DNA from: Callorhinchus milii
Lineage: Eukaryota
NCBI RefSeq assembly: GCF_018977255.1
Contig: NW_024704742.1
Location: forward strand, 128,590,001-128,654,000
Direction: 5' to 3'
DNA: 64,000 bases
Within the stretch, counting starts at the first letter, position 1, and every line of letters begins with the position of its first letter. The position numbers and the translations under genes were made by a program. Below, piece after piece: positions 27,532-40,100 of the stretch. The notes beneath the pieces were generated by a model. It did not search any database, was not told the origin of the DNA, and was given only the letters and a program-made list of their open reading frames with translations.

Positions 27532-27843
27532 GGAGTCCTGTAGCTCAGTGGTTAGAGCACTCGTTTTGCAAGCGAGAGACCTGAGTTCAATTCCAGGCAG
27601 AGGGCGAAACCTTGGGCAAGTTTCCTTACTCCACACAGAGCCTAATAATAATCCCTCCAAAACCAAAAACAATAATAAATTGGTCATTTTCAATCTACGA
27701 CTGTTTGTGGGACATTGCTGTGCGCAATTGGCTGCCGCGTTCGCCCACAAATATACAGTCAATTCACCTTACAGTGTGTTCTGTGAAGCGCTCCCGACGT
27801 GAAAAGCGCTATATCAAATGCAAGGATTATTATTATTATTATT
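27532..27843 (+). mobile_element. tRNA-derived SINE, short young subfamily
   Basis: Intact boxes A and B; diagnostic junction CTCCACACAGAGCCTAATAATAATCC; (ATT)n tail. Confidence 0.92.
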
Positions 27844-28088
27844 AAAACTCATTTTGTAATATGGCAATCACTGGAATATTGTTTTTATACCCACTGGTGT
27901 TTTTCAGTTATGCAGCTTTTTCGATCTTTAACCACATCATTTAAATTCTTCATGACTTCTACAGTGATTGTAATGATTACACTATATTAACTCCTGCGAA
28001 TGAAGCAAGCTCCAGACTCTTACATTGCTCAGTAGTCTACAGCTATCTGTCCATATTGTGAGAACCGTGACAACACCGAATAGTCAAA

Positions 28089-28161
28089 ATGAAAGACACA
28101 GTTGGAAAGCGTTTGGTTTACTTCACTGGTAATATGAAAGAGTTTGGGAAATGGATTCAAG
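28089..28161 (+). CDS. slc14a: Urea transporter coding exon 1 ([24 protein letters not shown]); start codon uncertain
   Basis: [12 protein letters not shown] resembles the UT N-terminal YxTGDMKE motif. Donor CAAG|GTAAGA, phase 1, matches the next exon. In-frame TGA at 28068-28070 lies upstream of the ATG. Confidence 0.85.
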
Positions 28162-31100
28162 GTAAGATGTAGAGGTTTGCAAGTCCAATTTATACTTTGA
28201 GCACATTAAGCTCCCACTAAAAGCTGCCAAACATGATCCAATTTTCTAAGGAAAATAATTGAAATTCCCAACACATCCAAGTGGGAAAGACGTTGTAATG
28301 TGTCAGAAACTGTGCAGTTGATTTCTCGAAGCAAACAACTTTTCCTGACCGAGAATGTTGTGTGTACTGGAAAATAATCAAAGTACAACAATGACATTTC
28401 TGTTCAGAGATATTACAAATAATAATCCATAAATTTCCATGTAGTGCCTTTCATGTTGGGAGGATGTCTCAAGGCGCTTTGCTGCATATACAGTAAAGGT
28501 GTAATGACTGTATGCATTGTGGGCGAACGCACAGATCACCACATGATCATCTGATTCTGTGATGGTTGCTAATGTTAATTTGCCTCTGTCCTATGATTCA
28601 GGTAGACTTGAATGGACCACTCTGCAGTTGGTATTTCAAAGAAATGCAAAGTTTTCTGACGTGTATTTCCCTCCAAATCCAAATTTACCTGCAAATTCTA
28701 ATTAATTGTCTTATCATCTCACTGTTTTTCAATGGTACAAATTAGCTATCCAAGTTGCCTATGTAACAACCTTCGATCAATTATATTTTGTGAAATGCTT
28801 TGAGTTTTTTTTAATTTCAAAGGTGCTGTATAAATGCAAATTATTATTATTTACTATCTGTGTGACAGCGCATTTATACTCCCTAGATTGTAGAATGTAA
28901 GTTTTCAATGCAATTCCTCACTTGGTTAGCTCTAATTATAGGTAATAAAAGGTGTCACTGGTAATTTTATAATAATCTGTGAATACCATTATTCTTTGGT
29001 TTTTTTGAGCTCAATGGGCGGTGGGATTATTCTTGTGAAGCAGTTTAGTTTCATAACATTGTCTAAGATTCCTCAAATTTGTCAAATGACAGGAGCTGCC
29101 TTCATATAGAAACAAGAAACCCTAGAGTACAGTCCATTCTATAGAGTTGCAAACTTGACTCAGGAAAAATGTAATTTGCTCCTGATTTAGTAAGTACTGT
29201 ACTGCTATAATAATTATATATCTGGTTAAATCCAAAGTAACGTATTGCTGAAGTCAATCCTGTTATGTCATGCATGTAATGTAGAAATCTAATTATATCC
29301 AAATTATTGTTGGTCATTGCACAGCCTGGCTCAGTTAAAGGTCCCATGGCAAAAAGAGAAGGGAATTTCTCCCGGTTTTCTGTTCTTTAATCCGCAGTAT
29401 GAAATGGGTCATTCACTCATAACTGTTTATACATTATAATACATTAGAATATACAGCACAGAAACAGGCCATTCAGACCAACTGGTCTATGCCGGTATTT
29501 ATACTCCACATAACCCTCCTCCTGCCTTTCCTCAGCTAAGCTTTCAAGCATAACCTTCTATTCCTTTCTCCCTCATGTACCTATCTAGCTTCCCCTTAAA
29601 TACATCTATGCTATTTGCCTCAACAACTCCTCATGGTAGCATGTTCCGCATTCCCACTACTTTCTGTGTGAAGAAATGTCTTCTAACTTCCTATTTGATC
29701 TATTTGTGGGATATTGTTGTTTGCGATTTGGCTGCTGCATTCGCCTACAGATACACAAACACTACTCTTTACAGTAAATCCTGTGCAGCACTTTGAGACT
29801 CCATCCTAGATGAATGGCACCATATAAATACAAGTTGTTGCAATTGTTATCAGCCATACATCATAGCCCTCTTTAACTTACAAATACACATTCACTACAC
29901 GTCACAGGTGCAAGCTTCATTATTATGGTATGGGATCTGAAGGCACATTATTTTGTGTGCCAGGCTTTGCTTGTTTTTCAGCAGGAGTTTTACTGGATCT
30001 GAGCCAGTAGGTGTTGATAATAAAAGTCTTTGTTATTGTCAGGTTGAATTGTAACTGGATTTCAATGTCCTACAACTATGCCAGGACGCATCAAAGTTCA
30101 CAGTAATCGTGAATACCAACGTTTTACACCTAACCTCTGACTTGAATGCAGTTTTCAGTTACTACCACCTGCGTGATGGCACATTAATACACTGCTCTCT
30201 GGATCGGAGGGCATGGGTTTGTACACCGCAGTGCCTAGCATTGGTGAGCTCTCAATTTCAGGTAATGGGGGGGTGCCAAGAAAAGGCAAAGTGTTTCCCC
30301 AGAGAGAGGCAGATAAAATCAGATCCTTTCTGATTCAGAACAGCAGAGACGGAGGCTAGGCAACAGATGGTCTGCTTGTCCGTTCTGTTGATGAAAGCTG
30401 CTTGGCACAAGCGCATTTAGAAAGCTTAAGAAAAAAAGGGTCAGTGGAGGTAGTTGGAGGGGGAGTGAGAGAGAAAAATAGAGAGAGAGAGAGCAGAGTA
30501 GCTAATTGCTTTATGTTACATAACCTAACATTTAGAGGATGCTCTGAAAAAACACGCAGAGAAAAGAAAATGTGATAATGTTATTTTCTTTTGCAATATT
30601 CGTTGAGGACCTAAATTAATGTATTCTATTAGATTTTTATAATGGACATATGTGAGGAGAAATTAATTTACTCTATTAACACAGCATTTCAGCGTGCTTT
30701 GCAAATTGTTGAATTCTATCTTATCTTTGAAGTCAATTTTCTGCTTTCTTAAAAAAAACTTACGCAAACTGTCTTCAAAGTTTAGAATGTGTTTAAGAAT
30801 TTGCCGAATTGAGGCTTGGAGGAGGGAAGGTAACCGAAGGCACGGCTGTCTTGAGATGGGCCTTGAAGGAGGCAAGGAAGGCCACAAGGCCATTCACTTC
30901 ATGAATGTTTGTGGGAATCATGCTGTGTGCAAATAAAAATAAAGGGAACAACTCAATCTCTCAAGTGATTTCTTCACCAAATAACCATCTAATTCCTTCA
31001 TGATCCTCCTCCCCTGACGTCCCGAGTAGTCCATTCCACATTTTCACCTCTAAGGGAGTTGAATACAAGCTGTCTGTTCACCTTCCGCCTTCTGAGCCTG

Positions 31101-34100
31101 AGCCCATGTCCCCTTGTGCTGCCTGACACTATCTGGCAATACAGAGAACATTTGCTTGCCAGTCCCGCTGACAGTGAGGAAATGAATATCCTGAGCAGGA
31201 TGTTCGGGCCAGGTTGCAAGACATGAAACATCTTACTTGTGGATCCCCACGAAATGACAATTCAACACTGTGCTGGAGTCCTGTTACCCCTGACAACAGA
31301 ACAAGCTATATCTGAGCTCAGCCAGGTTTCTGCTTTAATTGTTGCTGGATGATTAAGGTTAACCTCTACCTGACCCTATAATAATAATAATAATAATAAT
31401 CCTTGCATTTGATATAGCGCTTTTCACGTCAGGAGGACGTCCCAAAGCGCTTCACAGAACACACTGTAAAGTGAATTGACTGTATATTTGTGGGCGAACG
31501 CGGCAGCCAATTGCGCACAGCAATGTCCCACAAACAGTCGTAGATTGAAAATGACCAATTTAATTATTGTTTTGGGTTTTTTGGAGGGATTATTATTAGG
31601 CTCTGTGTGGAGTAAGGAAACTTGCCCAAGGTTTCGCCCTGCCTGGAATTGAACTCAGATCTCTCACTTGCAAAGCGAGTGCTCTAACCACTGAGCTACA
31701 GGACTCCTAGGACCCTATCACCACCTAATATTTAAAAAATCGGGCGTTGGGTCAATACTTTCACTCCCTACAGCCATCTTTAGAGGTGCGGAAATAAATT
31801 TTACTGACAGAAGACATGGTCACTAAATAGTATCGACTCAACTCAATACCGTCCAGTAACTTCACTCCAGGTTAGTTATCCAAAGAAATTTAAAAGGAGT
31901 CTAGATTTACTCTGTGTAATATTGTAGAGTGCCCAGAATTGAGTAAAGTGTTGAATTCAGCCTTAACTTTGAAATCATTTTTCTACAGTTCAAATAAACT
32001 TACGGCTTCAAAATTGAGGCTGTGTTCAACATTTGCAAAATTCTCGACAACAACAAATCACATTTGTATAGAGTCTTTCACGTTGGGAGGATGTCCCAAG
32101 GCACTGGACAGTTGGGAAATTGGACTTGAGCTGGGGGTTGGGATCAGGAAGGGTGAAGGGCAGGGAGAGTACGGGTAGGAGGGTGACTGAAGGCAAGGTC
32201 GAAGAGGAGGGTCTTGAGATGTGCCTTGAGGGAGCGAGGGGCAGGGACTGTAGGATGGAGTTCCAAAGGGTGGGAGCGGAAAGGCTGAAGGCCCAATTGC
32301 CGATGGTGTCAACACTCTAAAATGCTACAAAAATAGAATAAATCTAGACACTGATAGAATTTCTCCCCAGTTGCTGCGTATTTCCTTTGATGTATTGCCA
32401 TAATGCACTACCTATACCAAATGACAATCACTCTGATCTCCCTGTGTTTGGTTATATTTCAGCTCAGCCTTTTGGCGTGCAGCTTCTCGAATGGAATCTA
32501 CGTGGTGTTTCCCAGGTGATTTTTGTCAATAACCCACTCAGTGGGATGACAATATTAATGGCTCTCATTCTGCAAAGTCCTTGGGTTGCACTGACAGGAG
32601 CTGTGGGACTGCTGACTTCAACACTCACGTCTCTGATATTGTCACAAGACAGGTACGCAGACAGCAAACACAGTGCAACGTTTAATACATTAGAGAGTCA
32701 TTCAATCTCGCAAGGAGCGAGCATGTCTTTTTATTCAAATGCTTCTGCGAGCGACCATAATTTGCATTTTCACATTTATATTGAAGCTGTCAGTTTGGCT
32801 CAGCCGGTAGCATTCTTGCATCTTGGTTGAGGTCTGTGTGAGTACAAGACTCACACCAGGGTTTAGGATCCTAGAACACATAAATTGCAACACCTATTCC
32901 AGTCTGACACTTCAGATAGTCCTGCTCTGACGGAGTGTCTACCATTGAATGAGTTGTGGAACTGAGGTCTTTTCAGGGGGACAACAGAGATCCTTTGGAC
33001 CATTTGTTCTCCTGCTTCCAGAATTCCAATGTTTGTCTTCCCATTACAACAGTGTCCTGGCCAACAATCCCCCAGATAAATATTGGTCTTTCACTTCACA
33101 ACTGTTTCTGAGACATTGCAGTGTGCAAATCGGCTACTACTTTTGCCTACAAAACACACAATCACTACACTCTCCAATAAATCCTGTGAGGCACTTTGAG
33201 ACATTTTGATTATGTGATGAAATGCTATTTCAAATGCAAGGAATATTAATATTAAATGAGTCCAGAGACTTAACCTCAACAATCCTTATTGGCACCCATT
33301 CCAACAACAACAACAACAACAATAACAATTTGGATTTATATAGCGTCCTCCACGCTGGACGGAGTCTCAGAGCGCTTTATTCCAGCTGTTGATTAACCTC
33401 GGTATAAATAAATATTTCCCGGTGTCTGTCCTAAATTTGCTCTTCACAACCATAAACTCTTTTCCTGGTCTATCTGATAGTATTATCCTGGGATTATTTG
33501 TTAATCTCATTCAACATTTTATGAGCTGTATTAAAAGCTGTTTATTAATGATTGGCCTGCAAATCTGAGAGGGTGACTATAGAAATTACATAGTGCTTTG
33601 TTCATTTGGGCAAGTGAGGGGGTGAAGGACCAGCGAGACCTGGGGGTTGAAGGTGGCAGGACAGGTAGATAAAGCTGTTAAAAATCCATATGGGATACAA
33701 AGCTTCATAAATAGGAGCATAGAATACAAAAGTCAGGAAGTTATGATGAACCTTTATACAACACTGGTTAGATCTCGGCTAGAGACTGTGTTCAGTTCTG
33801 GGCACCACACTTCAGGAAGGATGGCAAGGCATTGGAGAGGGTGCAAAGGAGATTTACCAGGATGGTACCAGGAATGAGGGACATCAGTTATCAGGAGAGG
33901 CTAGAGAAGCTAGGATTATTCTCCTTGGAGCAGAGAAGGTTAAGAGGAGACTTAATGGAAGTCTCAAAATTAAAGTTTTAAAAATTATGAGGGGATTCGA
34001 TAGGGTGAACAAGGAGAAAGTATTTCCACTGATGGGTGGGTCGGTAACCCAAGGACACCGATTTAAAATAGTTGTTAAAAGAAACAGAGGAGAGGTGAGG

Positions 34101-37100
34101 AGAAATGTTTTCACACAACAACAACAACGTGGATTTATATAGCGGCCTTCACGGCGGATGGTGTCTCAGAGCGCTTCACAGTAATGAATCCCGGGGCCGA
34201 GTCAGGGGGAGGGGCAGGAAGGTGACCAAAGGCACGGTCGAAAAGAAAGGTCTTCAGTAGGGACCTGAAAATAGGAAGAGAGGGAGTGAGGTGAAGGGAG
34301 TGAGGAAGGGAATTCCAGAGCCTCGGAGCATAGTGGCTGAAGGCACGGCTGCCGAGGATGGAGCGGAGGCCTCGGAGGATGAGGAGGAGGAACGAAGGCA
34401 ACGGGTACTGTTTTGAGGAGAGGAGGTCAGAGAGGCAGGGGGGTGCAGAGGAGTGGAGGGGTTTGAATACAAACGTGAGGATCTTGAAATCGATCCTCTC
34501 TGGGGTAGGCAGCCAGTGCAGTCTGGCAAGGACTGGGGTAATCGGGGAACGTAGTTTGGTGCGGGTGAGAATGCGGGCGGTAGAGTTTTGGATGATTTGG
34601 ATTTTATGGATGATGGTGGATGGGAGACCGGCGAGGAGGGCGTTAGAGTAGTCCAGCCTTGGGGTGACAAAGGCATGGATCAGGATTTCAGCGGCCTTTG
34701 GAGAGAGGTATTTGCGGAGACGGGCGATGCATCGGGGGTGGAAGAAAGCGGTGCTGGTGAGAGACCGGATGTGGCGGAGGAAGGACAATTGGGGGTCGAA
34801 TCTGATGCCAAGGTTGCGTACACAGTGAGTTGTTATGTGAAAGGCGCCATACAAATGTAATCTTGATGTTGTTCAGATCTGGAATGCATTGCCTGAAAGG
34901 TTGGTGGAAGCCGATTCGATAACAACTTTTTAGAGAGAAGTAGATCATTATTTGGGGAGGACAAGTTTGCAGGGTTATCGGGAAAGAGCAGAGGAGTGGG
35001 ATTGATTTGGATAGCTCTTTTCAAAGAGCTGGCACCGACAAGATAGACTGAATGGCCTCCTTCTGTGCTCAGAAAATAGAAAAGAAAAAAAAGTGTTATA
35101 CTTCCCATGTTGTGTGTAAATTGGATGCCAGGGATCCACTCCAAAATACAGTCACTACACTTTACAGTAAATCCATCAAAGCACTTTAAGACATTAAAGG
35201 CACTATGCCAGATGCAAGGATTATTATTATATTTTTGACTGATTCGGTGAATGCATTTGCTGACAGTAGAGAATGTTACAGTATAAATATTTGTGAACTG
35301 CAGTGAGTCAGTCAGTGTTTTATGAAGAAATGGCACAGTATTGAAGAGTTATTGACTGATGTTTTGAAATGTGTTATTTTGATTTGGCTGCCACAGAAAA
35401 ATTCAGCAAGAAAATTGAAAAACAAACCAAACTGTACAGAGACGGAATAGTTTTGTGTTTCATTAAACGTTCCCTTCTATTTGGACCTGGATTGTGCTAG
35501 TGTTTAAACGCTTGAACTGCATGTTTTATTTGCTCAAGAAGTGTGGGTTGACAGAATACTATTGTAAAATTGAATTCTAGTAAATATATAATGACCTTCC
35601 AAAGAAATTTGTTCTTGGATTAGAATTTCTAGAACCTAGATAACATAAGAAAACACAGAATGAGAAAAGGCTATTTGACCTTATCATGTACAACATCAAA
35701 TGACTGAGTGATATACACAAAAAGGGGCCATTTAGCTCAACTCATCTATGCCTGTGTTTATGAGGTTCCATCCACCCGAATTCCCTTCCCCAACCTCCCC
35801 CACTCCATGACCCCACTCTGTTCCCTTCTCCAGCATCTATGCATAGAATTTCCTCTTATATACATTACATTAATGTTTTCTTTTTGAACCACGGCTTCTG
35901 GCAGTGAGTTCCACATTCTCATTCAAGCCCACTGCTTCCACAGACTATGGCAATCATTGATTTACCTCACTACTCTGTCTCCAGGGGAAATGCTTTCATA
36001 TTGATAATCCTCAATCCACAAATATAATCCACTTTAAACACCACTCCCACCATAAGGCTATTCAGCCTTGCTTGGTTTCTTCATCAGACAATGATGTGAC
36101 TGTCTCTTTAATAACATTGCAAAGGCAATCCTATTCTCAATTCTGTACCTTGTGCTGTTCCAACTTGGCTGCCAAGTTTACCTACCAAAATGAACCGTCA
36201 CTACACTCAGTTCACAGTATATCCTGTGAAGAGCGTTGAAAAATCCTCTGGACATCAAAGGCACTATATCAAATGTAAGGATTATTATGATTATTATTTT
36301 ATTCCTTACCAATATGCTTCCCCAGGGTGGCATCATCTGCAGGTATGGGGGTCAGTGTTCACATGTATATCGATGACACCCGCCTCTGCTTGTCTGCTTC
36401 CCTCCTCGATTCCAAGACAGTTCGGCTCTGGAACTCCATTCCCCAGTGCCTTCGCCTTGCTTCCTCCCTTTCCTCCTTTAAGGCCGGTCTCAAGACCTTT
36501 CTCTTCAACCGTGCCTTCAGCTCCCCTCGCGACTCTCTACCCCCTCCTCGCTCCCTCCCTTCCCTCACCCTGACCATTTCCCCCCTGCTCGGGTCCCGAC
36601 CCAACTGTCCAGCGCCTTGGGATGGCCTCCCGACGTGAAAGACGCTCTATAAATGAAATCTTGTTGTTGTTGTTGCTCGATTGACTGTCAGTCACCAAGT
36701 ACTGAATGAATCTTAACTTCCTTTGGGAACAAAACGTAAACCTTCTTGTTCGGTTCTCGCAAATATTTTCTGATCTCAAGCTCTGACTCCATCAACCTAC
36801 TCATTTAGGTTTAATTACCTGAGGAGTCCTGTACACAGTGGTTAGAACACTCATCTCACAAGCAAGACACCTGGGTTCAATTCCCAGCACATCTATCACT
36901 CATGTTGTTGCCAGTTTCCACTGGCATAGGTAGAGAGTATTTCAGGGATCCTTGCCCTGAAACTTCAAATCCCTTTGGTGTCTCACCCCTCTCTACCTGT
37001 GCGATCTTCTCTAACCATACACTCTTGTCTATACTTCTGTTCTTCTGACTGGCCAAATACCATTCTTCACTTTCTAAATCCCACCATTGGTGGACAAGCC

Positions 37101-40100
37101 TTCAAACACTGTGCTCTTCTCTCTTCCAAAACCTCTTTGCCTCATTTTCTCTCTGTGGCTTCCAAACATTCTTTAAAACATATTTACTCCACGCACCTCT
37201 GTTTATCTAGCAGTAAATAGGAACCCAGTTATTCATCGATTGGCAAATTGCTTTTCCAGGGGTAATATTCCCTTTTTAAAAAAATAATGTGGGCATTCAA
37301 TCTACGATAGTTTGTGGGACGCTGCTGGGCTTAATTGGCTGCCACATTTCACCTACAAAATACAGTCAATTCACTTTACAGTATATTCTGTGAAGCACTT
37401 TGAGACGTCTCAAAGACATGACAAGGCGCTATATCGAATGCAATGATTATCATTATTATTATTTCTGACCTTGCTTTTGGTCACCATCCTTTAACTCTCC
37501 TTGTTCAATGCTTAACATAATTGTTAAGACATCTGGGACATTGTGTGTGAAAGGGGCCTTATAAGTGAATGGTATTGTTGAGAGCTGTTGAATAGATTTA
37601 TATTGCTACTGATGGTTGAGGTGGATTGGGGAGTGATCTTACAACTTCAGTTATACTAAAATTTTAGCATCAACCGTCAGCAGTGACAGGGCAAAAGTAA
37701 TGGCTCAGCTACCATGCTGTGTGCAAATCTGTGGATCTGTTGGTTTCGTCCACTCGACTTATCATGTGCAATGCTGCGTTTTTACAATTTGTTATTGAAA
37801 TCGACAGAGTGGTTTCAATTCTACGTGTTTTTTTATGCTTATTTTACTTTTTTACATATTTTTAAAAATATGCACAGTGCTGGCTTACTCTGTCCTGGAG
37901 AAGTTTTTTTAATCTCTGTCTCTCTCTCATTCACTCTCTCTCCATTTTCAAATGGTTTTAAGCGTGAACCTTGAAGGTTTCTCTCTGTGTTAGTTCTGGT
38001 CGGAGTAGTGATGGGTGTGAGACTATAACAATAAATTACCATGGAAACTGGGCACAATGGAAGGCAACATCCACCCGGAATATCTTCAGCACAGTTTGAA
38101 GACACTGAATTTGGCTCCGCTCCAAGATCTGCTTCAACCGCTTGAGCTCTTTATTCTTTTTTTGTTCCCTTGCTTAATTAAACTTCACCATGCAAATTCC
38201 TCCCCCCTCCCCCACCACCCAATTCCCCCCATTTCTCTGACTTTCCCTGTTTGCTGCACCAAAGAGGCTGAAAATTCCTCCCGCTCTCATTGTTGCAAAG
38301 TTATGTTGTATTAGAAGTAAAAGCTGTGTAGAATTGTGGAAAATTCTTAAAATTTGTCTTAAATCTGGAAGCTGTTTTTCCTCATTTCTTAAAAAAGAAC
38401 TAAAGGTTTTCCAATTTAAGATTGGATTTAAAAATTATTCCACAATTCTGCTCAAGTTTAAATTTTAAGACAAGATAGGCTAAGACTTGGTAGAACTTTG
38501 GGCCTCGGTTGCACTAACCTACTTTATCAGGAGGGAAAGGCAGTCTAACCTACAGAGACCTAAATATAAATCTTTGATGTTACGTTTTAGTCAGCTGAAT
38601 GGTGTGAGAAAGAAATTGCTAACTGAATGCTAATTACAGTCTAGATTGTCATTGGACTTACTAAAGGTCTGCAAGTTCTATGGTCTGAGACTTAATACCA
38701 TTTTTCTCAGATTGTACAGAATTTTGGAGTGTTTTCTGCTGTTCCTTTTAAATACCAATCTTATGAACATAATATTTACTCCCATGCTGTGTAGCACTGC
38801 ACTGGCATTTGTGGAATTGTTTTCATACTTAACCGTGAGCTCATAAATTACCAGGTTTCAAGATCTTAATAAATAGATAAATAAAAATCATGCATTATCT
38901 TTCAAGAGCAATCTTACATTTTCTGTTGGTTTTACAGAGTTAGATAGAGTTATACTACAAGAACAACAACTTGGATTTATACAGCACCATTTATGCAGGG
39001 TAGGATCTCGGAGCACTTAACAACAACAACAAAATTATATTTATAGAGCGCCTTTCATGTCGGAAGGACATCCCAAGGCGCTGGACAGTCAGGGGTCAGG
39101 ACCCGAACATGGGGGAGGGGTAGGGTAGGGTTGAGGGAAGGCAGAGAGGTGGGAGGGCAACTGAAGGCACGATTGAAGAGGAGGGTCTTGAGACCGGCTT
39201 TGAAGGAGGCAAGGGAGGAAGCGAGGGAATGGGACTGTGGGATGGAGTTCTTGAGTATGGGGACAGAGAGGCTGAAAGCGGGAGACATGGAGCAGACCGG
39301 AGCCCACTGAATGGAGGGAGCGGGTAGGTTGGTAGGGAGTCAGTAGGTCAGAGAGGTAGGAGGAGGCAAGGCCATGGATGGACTTGAAAGTGAGAACAAG
39401 GATCTTGAATTCAATCCTCTGAGGGATGGGGAGCCAGTGGAGTTGGGCAAGGGTGAGAGTGATGGGGTCACGGAGCCTGGTGCATGAGAGTACATGAGCT
39501 GCAGAGTTTTGGATGATCTGGCACTGGCACTCGCAGAGGTCGAAACCGAGCCAGGGAAAGGGAGTTGGTGACCATAGGCACGGTCAAAGAGGAAGGTCAT
39601 CAGGTGTGAGCTAAAGATGAACAAGGAGGGGGTCAGCCAGAGGGATTGAGCCAGAGAGTCCCACAGTTTCTGGGCGCAGTGGCTGAAAGCACGGCTGCCG
39701 ATGGTGGATCGGCATAGAAACAGGTCATTTCAAGATGACTCTCTTAATAATAATAATAATAATAATAGTTATTATTATTAATAATCAGGCTGACAGACTC
39801 TTACCATTACAGTGTCTTTTTCTAAACTAGTATGCATTGAGGCTGTTTAGAACATATAATAATAATAAAGAAGCAGACAGGACCTTAGTTTAACCTCTCA
39901 TCCAAAGGACGGCAACCCCTAGACTATGAGCTCAAACTCCTGATGTGAGACTTCTACCCAAAACCTCCTGCCTCAGAGGTAAGAGGGCTATCAATGGAGC
40001 CAGGCTGACAGACTCTATGTGATCAATTCTATCTTTGAACAGTGAAAAGTGTCTTTATACACAGGGAAATTAATGACTGGAGTAGGTTACCAGGAAGGAT

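Noticed and set aside
27532..27606. tRNA-Ala gene (also at other SINE heads)
   Set aside because: Each tRNA-like sequence continues into a SINE body and tail; these are SINE heads, not tRNA genes
1..28000. A second urea-transporter repeat or tandem paralog upstream (as in the double-length mammalian UT-A1)
   Set aside because: I found no UT motifs (NNPLSG, WDLP, GQIYGCD, TWQTH) outside the eight exons
30330..30500. Purine-rich segment in intron 1 as an alternative promoter or enhancer
   Set aside because: Only a short (GA)n tract and unique sequence; nothing in the sequence alone supports a regulatory call
32387..32830. 147-aa ORF as a standalone gene (likewise 48794-49048 and 52422-52646)
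   Set aside because: UT similarity is confined to the GT-AG bounded exons; the extensions are intron read-through
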